This document shows, piece by piece, positions 53,632 to 64,000 of a stretch of 64,000 bases of DNA (position 1 is the stretch's first letter; each line of letters begins with the position of its first letter). The notes beneath the pieces are model-generated. The model searched no databases, was not told the origin of the DNA, and saw only the letters and a program-made list of their open reading frames with translations. Source of the DNA: Azolla caroliniana. Taxonomy: Eukaryota > Plantae > Polypodiophyta. A program made the translations under genes and the position numbers. Where the stretch lies: contig JBHGNT010000015.1 in the NCBI GenBank assembly GCA_043228905.1, positions 3,410,001-3,474,000 of the forward strand, read 5' to 3'.

Positions 53632-55770
53632 AGGCCGACCGCCGGATCGGTGTGAGGATCTCCGCAAACCGCCCATCCGCCGTCCTTTGCCTTCGTCCCC
53701 TCGCCGCCACCGTTCGTTACTCTAGGTCTCATGCCGGCTCTTAGACCGACCGCCGGAGTGTCTAGACCCGGTGTGAGGGATCCTCCTCGCATTTGCCGTA
53801 TCTCTGACCCTTATCCCAGGTCGTCTTTGTCCGCAAGTCGAGAGGGTGGCTCTCTCCACACCCTCTCCCATGGTACCGACATACCGTGTTCCCAGCCTCT
53901 TCGTAGGCCTGCTCTCTCCTCTCTTCCGGATCGGTTATCCGGAAGTCCACTCCGCCCTCTCTGGATTGTCGGGTCCCTTTCTCCTGCCGACACCATCAGT
54001 ATCTTGGTCTTACGTCGGATCCGATGCCGACCGCCGAAGTCTCTAGCCCGGTGTGAGGTGACCCATAGGACCAGTCTTCGTTCTCCGCTTCGTCCCTTGT
54101 ACTTCTCCCGAGCTCGTCGTCACTCTCCTTGCCATGCTCCCACCTCCATCTCCCTCCTCTTTTGGGCTCACGTTGCCTTGTTGGCTTGAACTGCTACTGA
54201 ATTCTCTGGTCAAGATGTGGGGTAACCGATTTCATAACGTCTTTCAGAGACTCGTCCCAGTCCAACGACCCTTTTAGTGGTGTTGGTGGATAGCATCCGC
54301 TCTGTGATCAATGAAGCCCCGCCTAGGCTTGATTCTCCAATGTCCGGAGTTTTGACTCCAATGCCGATCCTGCCGGACTCGTTTTGTACCCTTGATCACC
54401 TCCCTTTCGATTCCCGACCTTCACCCGGTAGGTCTTTCTCCCCATGTAAAAGAGGGTGTCTTGTTCCGCACCCTCTCCCGAATCGGCACCTTCATGCCGA
54501 TTCTGGCCCCGTTCAAATCATCCACGACCGGATCGCGCTCCAACCGAGTTGGACTGTCGCGCGGTTCGGTCCCCTGTTCGGTCCTTTCTTGGTTCCTTCG
54601 TCGACCTCCTCGTGGGCCATTTCCCATCCATCTTCGCTACCATCGTGCTAGGACTCCTCGATACCATCATCCATCTCCTCGATCTCACGTGGGCATAAGG
54701 GCCCGAATGCCGAGTTCTCCGGAATTGGTTCCGAGGGCTTTTGTCCACTCCTTCCTCGCATCATCTCGTCGGCAATTCTCGGTCTCACGCCGCCGCCTTC
54801 CTCTTCTTGGGACTCACGTGGGCCCTCAGGCCCGACCACCATCGTCTTTGGAGCAAGTGTGGGAAGACACGTAGAATCGCCTGTTTTATTTGCGCCCTTG
54901 TTCGTAGCCACCAGCTCCTCGTGGTTGGTGGTCATCTTCTTACCGATCGCACAAGCCCCGTCTGGGCTTGCTTCTCCAATGTCTGGAGTTTCGGGCTGAT
55001 GTGCCCGAAATCGCCGGTCCGAACGTTCCGATTCTCCTATCGGTATCTCGGCCTTGTCCTCAGCCGTTCTATCTCCGCAATCCGAGAGGGCGTTTTGTTC
55101 CGCACCCTCTCCTGTGGTACCATCGTACCGATCTTCTGCCATCTCATGGGGCAAGTCCGTCTCCTCGGCGTCGGCTTGCAGTCTCGATCTTTCCTCTTCC
55201 TCGAGCATTGCCTCGAAAGCTGCGTACGCCTTCGCAATCCTGGCCCCGAAGCCGAGCCTTGCCGATTCTCTTTGCCGTTCGACCTCTTCCCGCTGTGATG
55301 GCACACCATCGCACACCTTCCTCCTAGCCTTCTCGGCTTGCTCGTCATCTAGCCGTTGGCATACCCTTCCGACCTTCGACCAGTCCTCCATAAGGCCATT
55401 CACTCTGTCCTCGTCTTCGAGCACAATCTCGATGGCCTCCCATTCCGCTTGGTCAATCGACGTAACGAACAACAGGACTTTGTCTACCCCCACCAATTCT
55501 TGCTCCTACTCCGGCAGTCAAGCAAGCCGTCGCTCGAACTCTCGTAATGCCTTCGTTGCGCCCCGGTGGGTCTTCACCAATGCCACCATTGGTCGAAGCT
55601 GCGTCATCCCTGGCTCTTCCATCGTCCCCCATATGCCTGCAGGAGCGCCTCTTCGAAGGCCTCGCACGAACTATGAGCTTCTCAGAGCACCTTCACTTCC
55701 GCGTGCATGCCAACGGCGACGACACGACAGAAGAACCCCAGCCGATGTCGTACACCGATTCATGAGATAG

Positions 55771-57229
55771 ATAGCCGTGTTAGCTCCTTCCGCTCAATAT
55801 GATTTCGGCATGTGCTTTCCTTTAAGCATAGCCCGTGCCACTTTGAGGATGTGTTGATTCTTGCGTTCGGCCACTCCGTTTTGTTGCGGCGTATGTCAAC
55901 ACAAAAACTCTCACCGTATTCCTTCTTTCCCTAGAAATGCTAAAAATTCGTTGGAGAAGTACTCCTTGCCTCCATCCAACCGTCTCGACTTCATTCTTGA
56001 ATTTTTGGAAGTGTCTGAACACTTCGCTCTTTTGCCGCATCGGGTAGATCCAACTATGTCTAGAGAAGTCGTCGATTACGGTCACGTACTATCGGCTTCC
56101 ACCGAATGTCACCGTTTGAGCCGAACCCCATACATCGGAATGAATTACGTCGAGTACGCCTTTGCTCACATTCCGCTCCTTCGGAAATGGCTGCCGAATT
56201 TGCTTGCCGAATTAGCAAGCAGCACACACGCCTTCAATCTCTTTCTCCGTGAGTGTCGGGAGCCCGATAATGACTCCTTTCGATTGCATTGCCTTGAGCT
56301 TTTGGAGATTTATATGGCCAATCCGCTTGTCCCATAACTCTATGTCGGAATCGGCTTTCATGCTCTTTGCGAACATAGCCAATTTCATCTCGTGTGAGTT
56401 GAGAATGAACATTCGGCCCTCTCTTCGTCCACGAGCGATGAGTTGGCCTTCTTTTTCGATGAAGAAACCGCTTTGATTAAATCGTACTTGCATTCCTTGC
56501 TCTACAATTTGGCCGACGGAGACCAAATTCTTCATGATAGTTCGTACATGCAAGACATTTTTAATAAGTTTGCTTACCTTCTTCTCCGAATGGAACATTG
56601 CCGATGTGCCGAATCAGGTGCGTAGTATCGTCTCCGGTTTTGACATAGCCGGGTGGGTACGGCTCTCAAAGTTCTCGAAACCATTCTTGATGAGACGTCA
56701 TATGGTTCGAGGCACTGGAATCGACGAACCATATGTCTTCCGGACCGGAGGCACTAGTAGAAGTAGAGGCCGACATAGAATTTGCTCTATGTCTCATCAC
56801 GAACATTCCGCCGCGATCATCATAGTCAGAGTTGATGGCGTAGTTGGTGAGTTGTCGGCTAGTGGAAGCCGACTCGCGTATCTTCTTACGGCATTCTTCG
56901 TTGTGGTGACCGATTTTTCCGCAATATCCACATTCGACCGAGCTTTGTTAGTTCGGACCGGAATGGAAGCTCTCCCTTCTTCCGAAGGTTCCTCAATGGC
57001 TTCCGTCTTGATGCCAAAATTTTGAGTTGGTTTCGTAAATCGGGCCTTGTCTGCCTCGTCCGCAAGTCCTTGGCCGAATCGGCCTCTTCTTGCACGACCG
57101 CGTCCTCTTCTTCCGTTCGAAGGCATGTAGAGCATTTGGCCTTCCGAGGCGTTGTTCCTTGTTCGAACGTGATTCTCTTTAACAAACAACATGGATTGAA
57201 GATCGAAGAAGGAGGGCGGATTCTCCCGT
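55771..57229 (-). pseudogene. pol: Copia internal fragment (gag end, PR, GAG-pre-INT, INT), related to 27858-33392
   Basis: KNVLHVRTIMKNLVSVGQIVEQG..LWDKRIGH..CAAC; IDDFSRHSWIYPM. Confidence 0.85.
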
Positions 57230-57867
57230 TGTCATGAAGTTTCCGGCACATAGTGAGAAATCGAGAGTTATTGGAGGGATCGGCGAGGTGCAACGTGTGC
57301 ACCCATCCTTGTAAAATCGTGTGAATAATAGGATTCACGTCGGGACAGAGAATCCCATGAAAGTTGGGATTTATCCCACATTGTAACACATCCCTCTCCT
57401 TGTTCTATAAAAGGAAGGGATGGTCCCTTGTAGAGGGGTTGCCCATTTTGAGTTAGAAGGGTATACCACGTAGGTCTCGGGTTTGGTAGTTTTTTGGGTC
57501 TTCATCTTATTCTTAGTCTTTTGGGGTTTCTACTTTGGTCTTCACCCTATTCCGCTTTAGGGTTTCATCTTGGTTTTCTTCTCCTTCTTCTTCCCCTTCG
57601 TGTTTGTTTAGGGTTTGCTTCTACTCGGTCTCTTGTGCAAGACCCCGCTCGGCACAACAAGCCCGTGAGCTCCCCGATCGGCGGCTTGGCAACAGACTGC
57701 TGATGTAACCTACCCTGGTCCGGCCCGAAGCCAAGGTTGTATCTTTTCCTGTAATATATATATATATTTGTGTTTGTTGTGCATATCGGTGTATTTGGTG
57801 GAGTCGGGAGCAGAGCCCCCCCTTGTTTCATGTGTATAAGAGTCGGTGTAGCACGCATACTCTCTCT

Positions 57868-57925
<58 letters not shown>

Positions 57926-60543
57926 GTTCGGTTGCTTCCGGGACGCGTCCGGAAACGTCTTCTCGGCATCCCTTCCTCTCTCGTTCGAGACCCCCGTGGT
58001 CCCGCCTCTTTTACACGCACGCGTGTAATAACGCGGCATATTTGGTGAACCCGACGTGAAAGGGCGGCAAGGGAGGATGGAGCTGGAAGAAGACGACTTC
58101 GCGCAACTTTTTGTCGAAGCGGTGAGGGAGTTTGGACGGGCAATAGCAAGACGAGAGATGGCGCAGCAAGCGGTTGAGCAAGTGGTCGAAAGAGTCGGCC
58201 GTTTCAACGGGGACAAAGTCCCATCTTACTTGGAAGCCTACAATGCGGAAATGGAGGAGCGGGACATGGACGAAGCGTTGAGGCTAGAGTTCTTCTGTCG
58301 GGTCGTCGCCGTCCGTATGCACGCGGAAGTGAAGGAGCTCTGAGAAGCTCATAGTTTGTGGGAGGCCTTTGAAGAGGCGCTCCCGCAGGCATATGGAGGA
58401 CGGCGGAAGAGCCGGGGACGACGCGACATCGACCAGTGGGTTTCACGTCTTCCCACAGTTGCTCCCGAGACAATGGCAGTCGGGCCCGAGTGCCCACGTG
58501 AGTCCCAAGAGGAGGAAGGTGGCGGCGAGAGACCGAGAATCACCAACGAGACGATACGGGGAAGGAACGAACAAAAGCCCTCGGGACCGATTCCGGAGAA
58601 CTCGACATTCGGGCCCTTACGCCCATGTGAGACGGAGGAGATGGATGGCGATGTCGAGGAGTCCTGGCACGATGCCAACGAAGATGGATGGGAAATGGCC
58701 CGCGAGAAGGTCAACGAAGAGACCAAGAAACGACCCGAACGGGGGCCGAACCGCGCGGCACTCTGATTCGGTTGGAGCGCGATTCGGTCGTGGATTGTTT
58801 GACCGGGGCCAAAATCGGCATGAAGGTGCCGATATAGGAGAGGGTGTGGAACGAGCCGCCCTCTTTTACATGAGGAGAAAGACCGATCGGGCGAAGGTCG
58901 GGAACCGGAAGGAAGGTGATCAAGGGTTTAGAACGAGTCCGGCTGGATCGGCATCGGAGCCGAAACACCGGACATTGGAGAATCAAGCTCAGGCGGGGCT
59001 TGGTTGATCATAGAGCAGATGCTTTCCATCGACTCCACTAAAAGGGTTGGTCGCCCGGACGAGTCGCCGAGAGACGTTACGAAATCGTTACCCACATCTT
59101 GACCAGAGACTTCGGCAGTTCGGCTGGCTTGGCAACGTGAGACCAAAAGAGATGGAAGATGGAGGCGGGAATGCAACAAGAAGAGCGATGACGAGTTCGG
59201 GAGAAGTACAAGGGACGAAGTGGAGAGCGAAGACCAGTCCTATGGGTCACCTCACACCGGGCTAGAGACTTCAACGGCCCGCATCGTATCCGACATAGGA
59301 CCAAGATACTGACGGTGGCGGCAGGAGAACGGGACCCAGCAATCCAAAGAATGACAGACGAGAAACGGGCAGAGCGGACTTCCGGACAACCGATCTGGAC
59401 GAGAGAAAGGGAGCAAGCCTATGAAGAGGCCGGGAACACGGTACGTCGGTACCATGGGACAGGGTGTGGAGCGAACCACCCTCTTGACATACGGAGAGAG
59501 ACCCAAGGAGGATCCTTCACACCGGATCTAGAGGCTTCGGGGGTCGGCACCGGATCCGATGTAAGACCAAGAGACTGACGGTGATGGCGAGGGGATGAGG
59601 GCGGAAGGCAGGGATAGGCCGGTCCTATGGGTCACCTCGCACCGGATCTAGAGACTTCGGCAGTCGGCATCGAATGCGACGTAAGACCAAGATACTGACG
59701 GTGGCGGCAGGAAAACGGGACTTTGCTACGCGGAAGACACGAGGAGAGTCGAGACGGACTCAAAAAAAGACACCCCGAATTTCGGCGAGCAGAGAAACGA
59801 AGTCCAGTCCTATGGGATCCTCACACCGATCCGGAAACTCCGGCTGTTCGGCCAACGTGGCAACGTGAGACCGAGAGATAAGGTCGGTGGCAGCAGGGAT
59901 CTGGACCAAGCAACACAAAGTAGCAGATTGGGAGTTGTCTAATTGCGAAACCCTTACCGAGCGGCTGCGGTTTCCGAGAGAGCTGATAAGGGCAAGCACA
60001 GGTGGTGTTGGGCCGGCAAGGCACACCCAGGGCGGAACAAGAGTCGTGCAAGTGGCCATAGCAGGCCGAATCGGAGCATGACTAACAGACGGCACACGGA
60101 GGTGCCGAGAACGCGGTAACGGGCGCGTGACGGACTGCACGAGTCGAAGACCGGAAATGATATACGGGCCGGAGAAGGATCCTCCACACCCACTTCGAAG
60201 ATCTCAACGGCTCAATCAGAGTGGCGACGACTGGCGTGGCAAGCCAAGCCCGAGATGCCAAGCCGGTGGGGGCGAGGGGACGATGGCAAGCAAAAGCCTC
60301 CGGACCGGTTGCAGCAACGCAAGACGAAAGGAGGGCCAAGCAGGCTACTACGGGTATCCCTCGGATGCAGAGGACACCCGCAGGCGAAAGGGAAGCGGTG
60401 GTGCCGGGACTTTGCACGCACCGACTCGGGAGACTCCGGCATCCGGCCTGAGAGCCCGTGTGAGATGGAGAGTGACAGACGGTAGCGGCAGCAAAGACGG
60501 CAACTAAGACAACGCGGCTATGGACTGTGGCCAAGCGGGCCAT
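57230..60543 (+). mobile_element. Non-autonomous Trp-family Gypsy derivative: LTR 57230-58038, PBS 58043-58060, truncated gag, repetitive interior
   Basis: TGTCATGAAG...CGCGGCA, a perfect PBS TGGTGAACCCGACGTGAA, and gag 58077-58343 (RFNGDKVPSYLEAYNAEM). Confidence 0.8.
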
Positions 60544-61456
60544 TGTCATGAAGAAAACCGTCCACAAGCGGAATCGGTGCACCGGAGCGTAGGAACCGGC
60601 TCTTCGTGCACATGCGCCTTATGTTGTACATAGAATCTCCTAGGCCGGTAGATTCGGTAGGTAGGGAAACGGCTCCTTCCTTGGCTATAAAAGGAGGGAG
60701 ACGAGGAGGGGCAAAGGGATCGCGGAGAGTCGAGGACGAAGTGCTGTCGGTTTGCGTGCAAAGGCTTCTCTCTCTCTCTCTGGTTTGCAGACTCCATAGC
60801 TTCCTTCTGTGCAGGTTTCGGGAGGCTCGCGCTGCTCTGAGGAATGCCCGAGTGCTTCCAGCAGCACCTCCAACCTGCTCCTGTCTTTCTGTGCGTTTAC
60901 GAATAGGCATCAACATCTGTTCGCCGACCTGTTCGGTTGTAACCGACTTCGTGGTTTTGTTGTCTTCGTGTTCTTGTTGTTTGTCTTCGTTAATACATAC
61001 ATACATACATTCGTGTCTTTCTGTGTCGCTGTCCCACTTGCGTCTTTGCGTCGAAGGGTCGTGTCCCTATGGATCTACGCTCGCACGTAGAGGGTCTCTT
61101 CTCCTTCCTCTCTTGCTCTTTGGTACAAGACCCCCGAGGTTCCGCCTCATTCCACGCAGCCGCGAGGAAAACCTCGACATCTTGGTGAACCCGACGTGAA
61201 GAGAGGCGGCAGAAGAGCAGAAGATGAAGGGGTCGGATCTTGCAGAGGCCATGGCTTCGGCTGTGGATCGGATATTGAGTGCACGCGAGGGCACCGGCGC
61301 CCTCGACAGAGCCATTGAGGCGGTCGTCGGTACGATCGGCCGGTTCAGCGGAAAGGATGCCACGAAGTATTTGGCGTCCTACGGGGCAGAAATGCTGATG
61401 CGGGACATTCCGGAAGAGAGGCGTCTTGTCGGGTTTCCTCGAGTGGCGATGCCGAG
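60544..61456 (+). mobile_element. 5' end of a Trp-family Gypsy (element-2 subfamily): LTR 60544-61179, PBS 61183-61200, gag 61224-61456
   Basis: The LTR resembles the reverse complement of the element 2 LTR. The gag MKGSDLAEAMASAVDRILSAREGTGALDRAIE is nearly identical to element 2 gag. Confidence 0.88.
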
Positions 61457-64000
61457 TGATAGGGTGTATAAGATAATAGATAGTTATACACTATATGAGG
61501 GCTTGACCAAACCGATTAGATGGAGTTGAAAATCATAATATATTATATAGCTCTAGGTAATTATGATTAGAGAGTATAACTCAAGAAACTAAGAAAAAAG
61601 ATAGAGAAAGCGAGCAAGAAATAAGAATGTTCTGATATTCCAACATCAAGAGAATACAAAGGAGACAAACTCCACATTGAACTAAAACCAAAGACCTTCC
61701 TCTTCTAAGACACTTCCTCTTCCACAAAGACACTTCTTCCTAACACTCCTCATCCACTCTTTTACCTTCACTCTTCCCCCCCTTCTCACTAATATTACTT
61801 CTTCTTTTATAACCTTCCTCTTCTTATCCACGTTCATGCTATTTTTAGAAGCTTTTTATCTCCCTATTTTTAGCTATGACACATCAACCTTCTAATCGTC
61901 ATATCTCCCTCATCCGATATCCAAATTAAGCGATTTAAAAAGCTATAGAAAGCTCTTTTTACAAGCTTTCTAAACCATATTTAAACGTGATATTTGGATA
62001 AACAACGAGGGAGTTATGACCATTCTATTTTTACTGTTTTTTATAGTCTGCGTTTTCTCTTTTTACTTTTCTCTTGGTCTCGTACTTTTACTTTTGACTT
62101 CTTCCCTAAGGTCTTAGTTCGTGTTCTTATCCTCAAAAGGTGAATTATCTATACTTTATATTCTCCTAATGTTCAATGGCTTAGATTCTAAAAACACTTT
62201 CACATTTAGCCCTCCCCCTTGTTAGAGGCTAAGCCATTTATGGCGAAGCACTTATTGGCAGTACTCAACAAACAAAAGCTCTCTCGCCAATCTCTTGGCT
62301 ATAGACAATGAGAGAGATATAAAAAGAAAATAAAAAGATGTGAGTAAAACCCCCGCTAATCGGTAGGAAAAACCTCACATTCTCTACAAATAAAAAAAAA
62401 ATAATCACTATTACCATCTTCCTTTTTGTTAATAGAGAGAAAGATGGGTCTACAATATGGACTATTAAGAAAATAATGTATGGGGAAACAAGTCCACTTC
62501 TTGCTCCCATCCATCCGTATCAACAATATCATTAGTAACTTGGGGAATATAAGTAGGTCCCCGAGTTACATACTTTTTAAGGCGCCATCCGTTCACTCGA
62601 TAAGAATGAAGTGCTCCATCCACATCTTTCAATTGGTAACTTCCGTTGTCATACTTTTTGTGAACCACAAAGGGTCCTTCCCACTTATTATCAAGCTTTT
62701 GTCCTTGAATATAATCATATCTATTATCATACCTAAGAACCAATGATCCTTCTTCAATGTGGTTGCCCTTGTGTTTTTTGTCATATGCCTCCTTTCTCTT
62801 CATTGCTTGATTTAAGTAATGCTCCACAGCTTCTTCTCTTGAATATTGTAGTAGATGGTTGCTCGCTAAACGACTCATCTCATCATTTCCTTTTGAGCGA
62901 TGCGATGCCTCCATTAGTCTATTACTTTTGATCTCAAGTTCGATCGGAAGTAACGCTTCTTTTCCATAAACCAAATAAAAAGGAGTAAAACCTGTGGAGG
63001 ATTTATAAGAAACTCTATAAGCCCAAAGAGTATCATCCAAATACCTATCCCATGTTCTTACTTTGTCTTGCACTAACTTTGTCAAATTCTTCACTATAAG
63101 CCCATTCACTTTCTCAACTGCACCATTTGCTTGAGGATAATAAGGCGTTGAATATCGATGCTTAATCTTCAACTTGCTTAATAGACAAGCTAACATTTGA
63201 CTCCTAAAACCGGGTCCATGATCGGATACAATCTCCATGGGAACTCCAAATCTAGTACAAATATTCTTATACACAAATTGGGCTACATCTTTGGCTTTAA
63301 TCGAGGAAGTTGCTATAGCTTCCACCCACTTTGTCATGTAGTCAATGGCCACCAAAATAAACTCTTTACCATGTTGAGTTTTCGGAAGAGGTCCTACTGC
63401 ATCAATTCCCCATTTCTCGAATGGAGCAAACACCACAATGGGTTGTAAAGGTCCACTTTGTAGATGTCTTATTCCCGCTTTTTGACATGCATCACAAGAT
63501 CTACACCAATCATGCACATCCCTATGGATAGTAGGCCATGTAAAACCAATTAGTAAAATCTTTCTTATCATTATATCATGGGCTAAATGCCCACCACAAA
63601 CTTCTTCATGCAACTTAAAGAGTATCTTTATAATCTCGCTTTTGTTAGGAACTCTTCGTAAAACTCCATCTTTCCCTTTGTTGTACAAATCTTCACCCAC
63701 CAAATGATATTGTGAAGCCTTTGCCACCAAACGTTTTCTTTGCAAAGCATTGAGGTTATTTGGAAACTCTCCTTTATTAAGAAAATTATGTACTTCCTCT
63801 AGGGAGTCTACATCTTTGCACGTCTCCAAAACACCAACGAAACCTTCCTTGATCTTATCTAATTGGGCTTGAGCTAATGCATCCGCTTCTTTATTGTATA
63901 ATCTCCCCACATGCTTAACCTGTATCTTTTCAAAAGACCTTAGTAGACTCATTGCTTCTTTATAAAAATTTCTAAGCCCATCACTTTGACATTTCCAATT
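61457..64000 (-). mobile_element. 3' end of a Tat-like Ty3/Gypsy (3' LTR ~61457-62204, PPT 62205-62220)
   Basis: A TG...CA bounded AT-rich segment interrupts the gag and is followed by the minus-strand PPT AAGGGGGAGGGCTAAA. An integrase ORF lies upstream on the minus strand. Confidence 0.75.
62465..63952 (-). CDS. pol: Additional (archaeal-type) RNase H C-terminus + integrase
   Basis: HVGRLYNKEADALA; HEEVCGGH..CRSCDACQ; WGIDAVG..VSDHG..YPQANGAVE; KWEGPF. Confidence 0.9.
   Translation of the reverse strand: MSLLRSFEKIQVKHVGRLYNKEADALAQAQLDKIKEGFVGVLETCKDVDSLEEVHNFLNKGEFPNNLNALQRKRLVAKASQYHLVGEDLYNKGKDGVLRRVPNKSEIIKILFKLHEEVCGGHLAHDIMIRKILLIGFTWPTIHRDVHDWCRSCDACQKAGIRHLQSGPLQPIVVFAPFEKWGIDAVGPLPKTQHGKEFILVAIDYMTKWVEAIATSSIKAKDVAQFVYKNICTRFGVPMEIVSDHGPGFRSQMLACLLSKLKIKHRYSTPYYPQANGAVEKVNGLIVKNLTKLVQDKVRTWDRYLDDTLWAYRVSYKSSTGFTPFYLVYGKEALLPIELEIKSNRLMEASHRSKGNDEMSRLASNHLLQYSREEAVEHYLNQAMKRKEAYDKKHKGNHIEEGSLVLRYDNRYDYIQGQKLDNKWEGPFVVHKKYDNGSYQLKDVDGALHSYRVNGWRLKKYVTRGPTYIPQVTNDIVDTDGWEQEVDLFPHTLFS

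Larger units (their letters stand above)
36603..55770 (-). mobile_element. Non-autonomous Trp-family Gypsy derivative (truncated LTR 36603-36918; gag remnant plus repeats 53637-55770), split by the 37010-53631 insertion
   Basis: 36603-36918 is the reverse complement of LTR 57690-58038, and 53637-55770 is the reverse-complement homologue of ~58300-60480. The internal repeat unit is continuous across the 37009/53637 junction. Confidence 0.7.

Overview
A 64-kb, essentially gene-free stretch of nested transposable elements from a land-plant nuclear genome. It is probably a seedless plant such as a fern, inferred from a PLS-class PPR fragment and the retroelement lineages. All boundaries were read by eye from LTR termini, PBS/PPT, TIRs and target-site duplications (TSDs). 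Contents: (i) at least six copies or fragments of an unusual non-chromoviral Ty3/Gypsy family with a tRNA-Trp PBS, one complete at 2508-9534 with a 4-bp TSD CCGT. (ii) An 11.9-kb DNA transposon at 12956-24885 with GGG...CCC termini, a 4-bp ATTA TSD, a Sola2-like DDD transposase and a convergent RING/coiled-coil accessory gene. (iii) A chromodomain Gypsy interrupted by that transposon and by a Copia at 27858-33392 (TSD GAGAT). (iv) A very young Tnt1/Tork-like Copia at 37065-42386 (TSD GAATG). (v) A hAT at 43402-48726 (TSD GACGGAAG) carrying a PPR fragment. (vi) Non-coding tRNA-Arg-primed LTR elements arranged head-to-head at 37010-53631. (vii) The 3' end of a Tat-like Gypsy. No intact host gene was found. 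The most interesting signals are the two-gene Sola2-like element, tRNA-like Pol III boxes at an equivalent antisense position in two Trp-family LTRs, CpG-centred 4-bp targeting by that family, and the palindromic double-U5-ended insertion.
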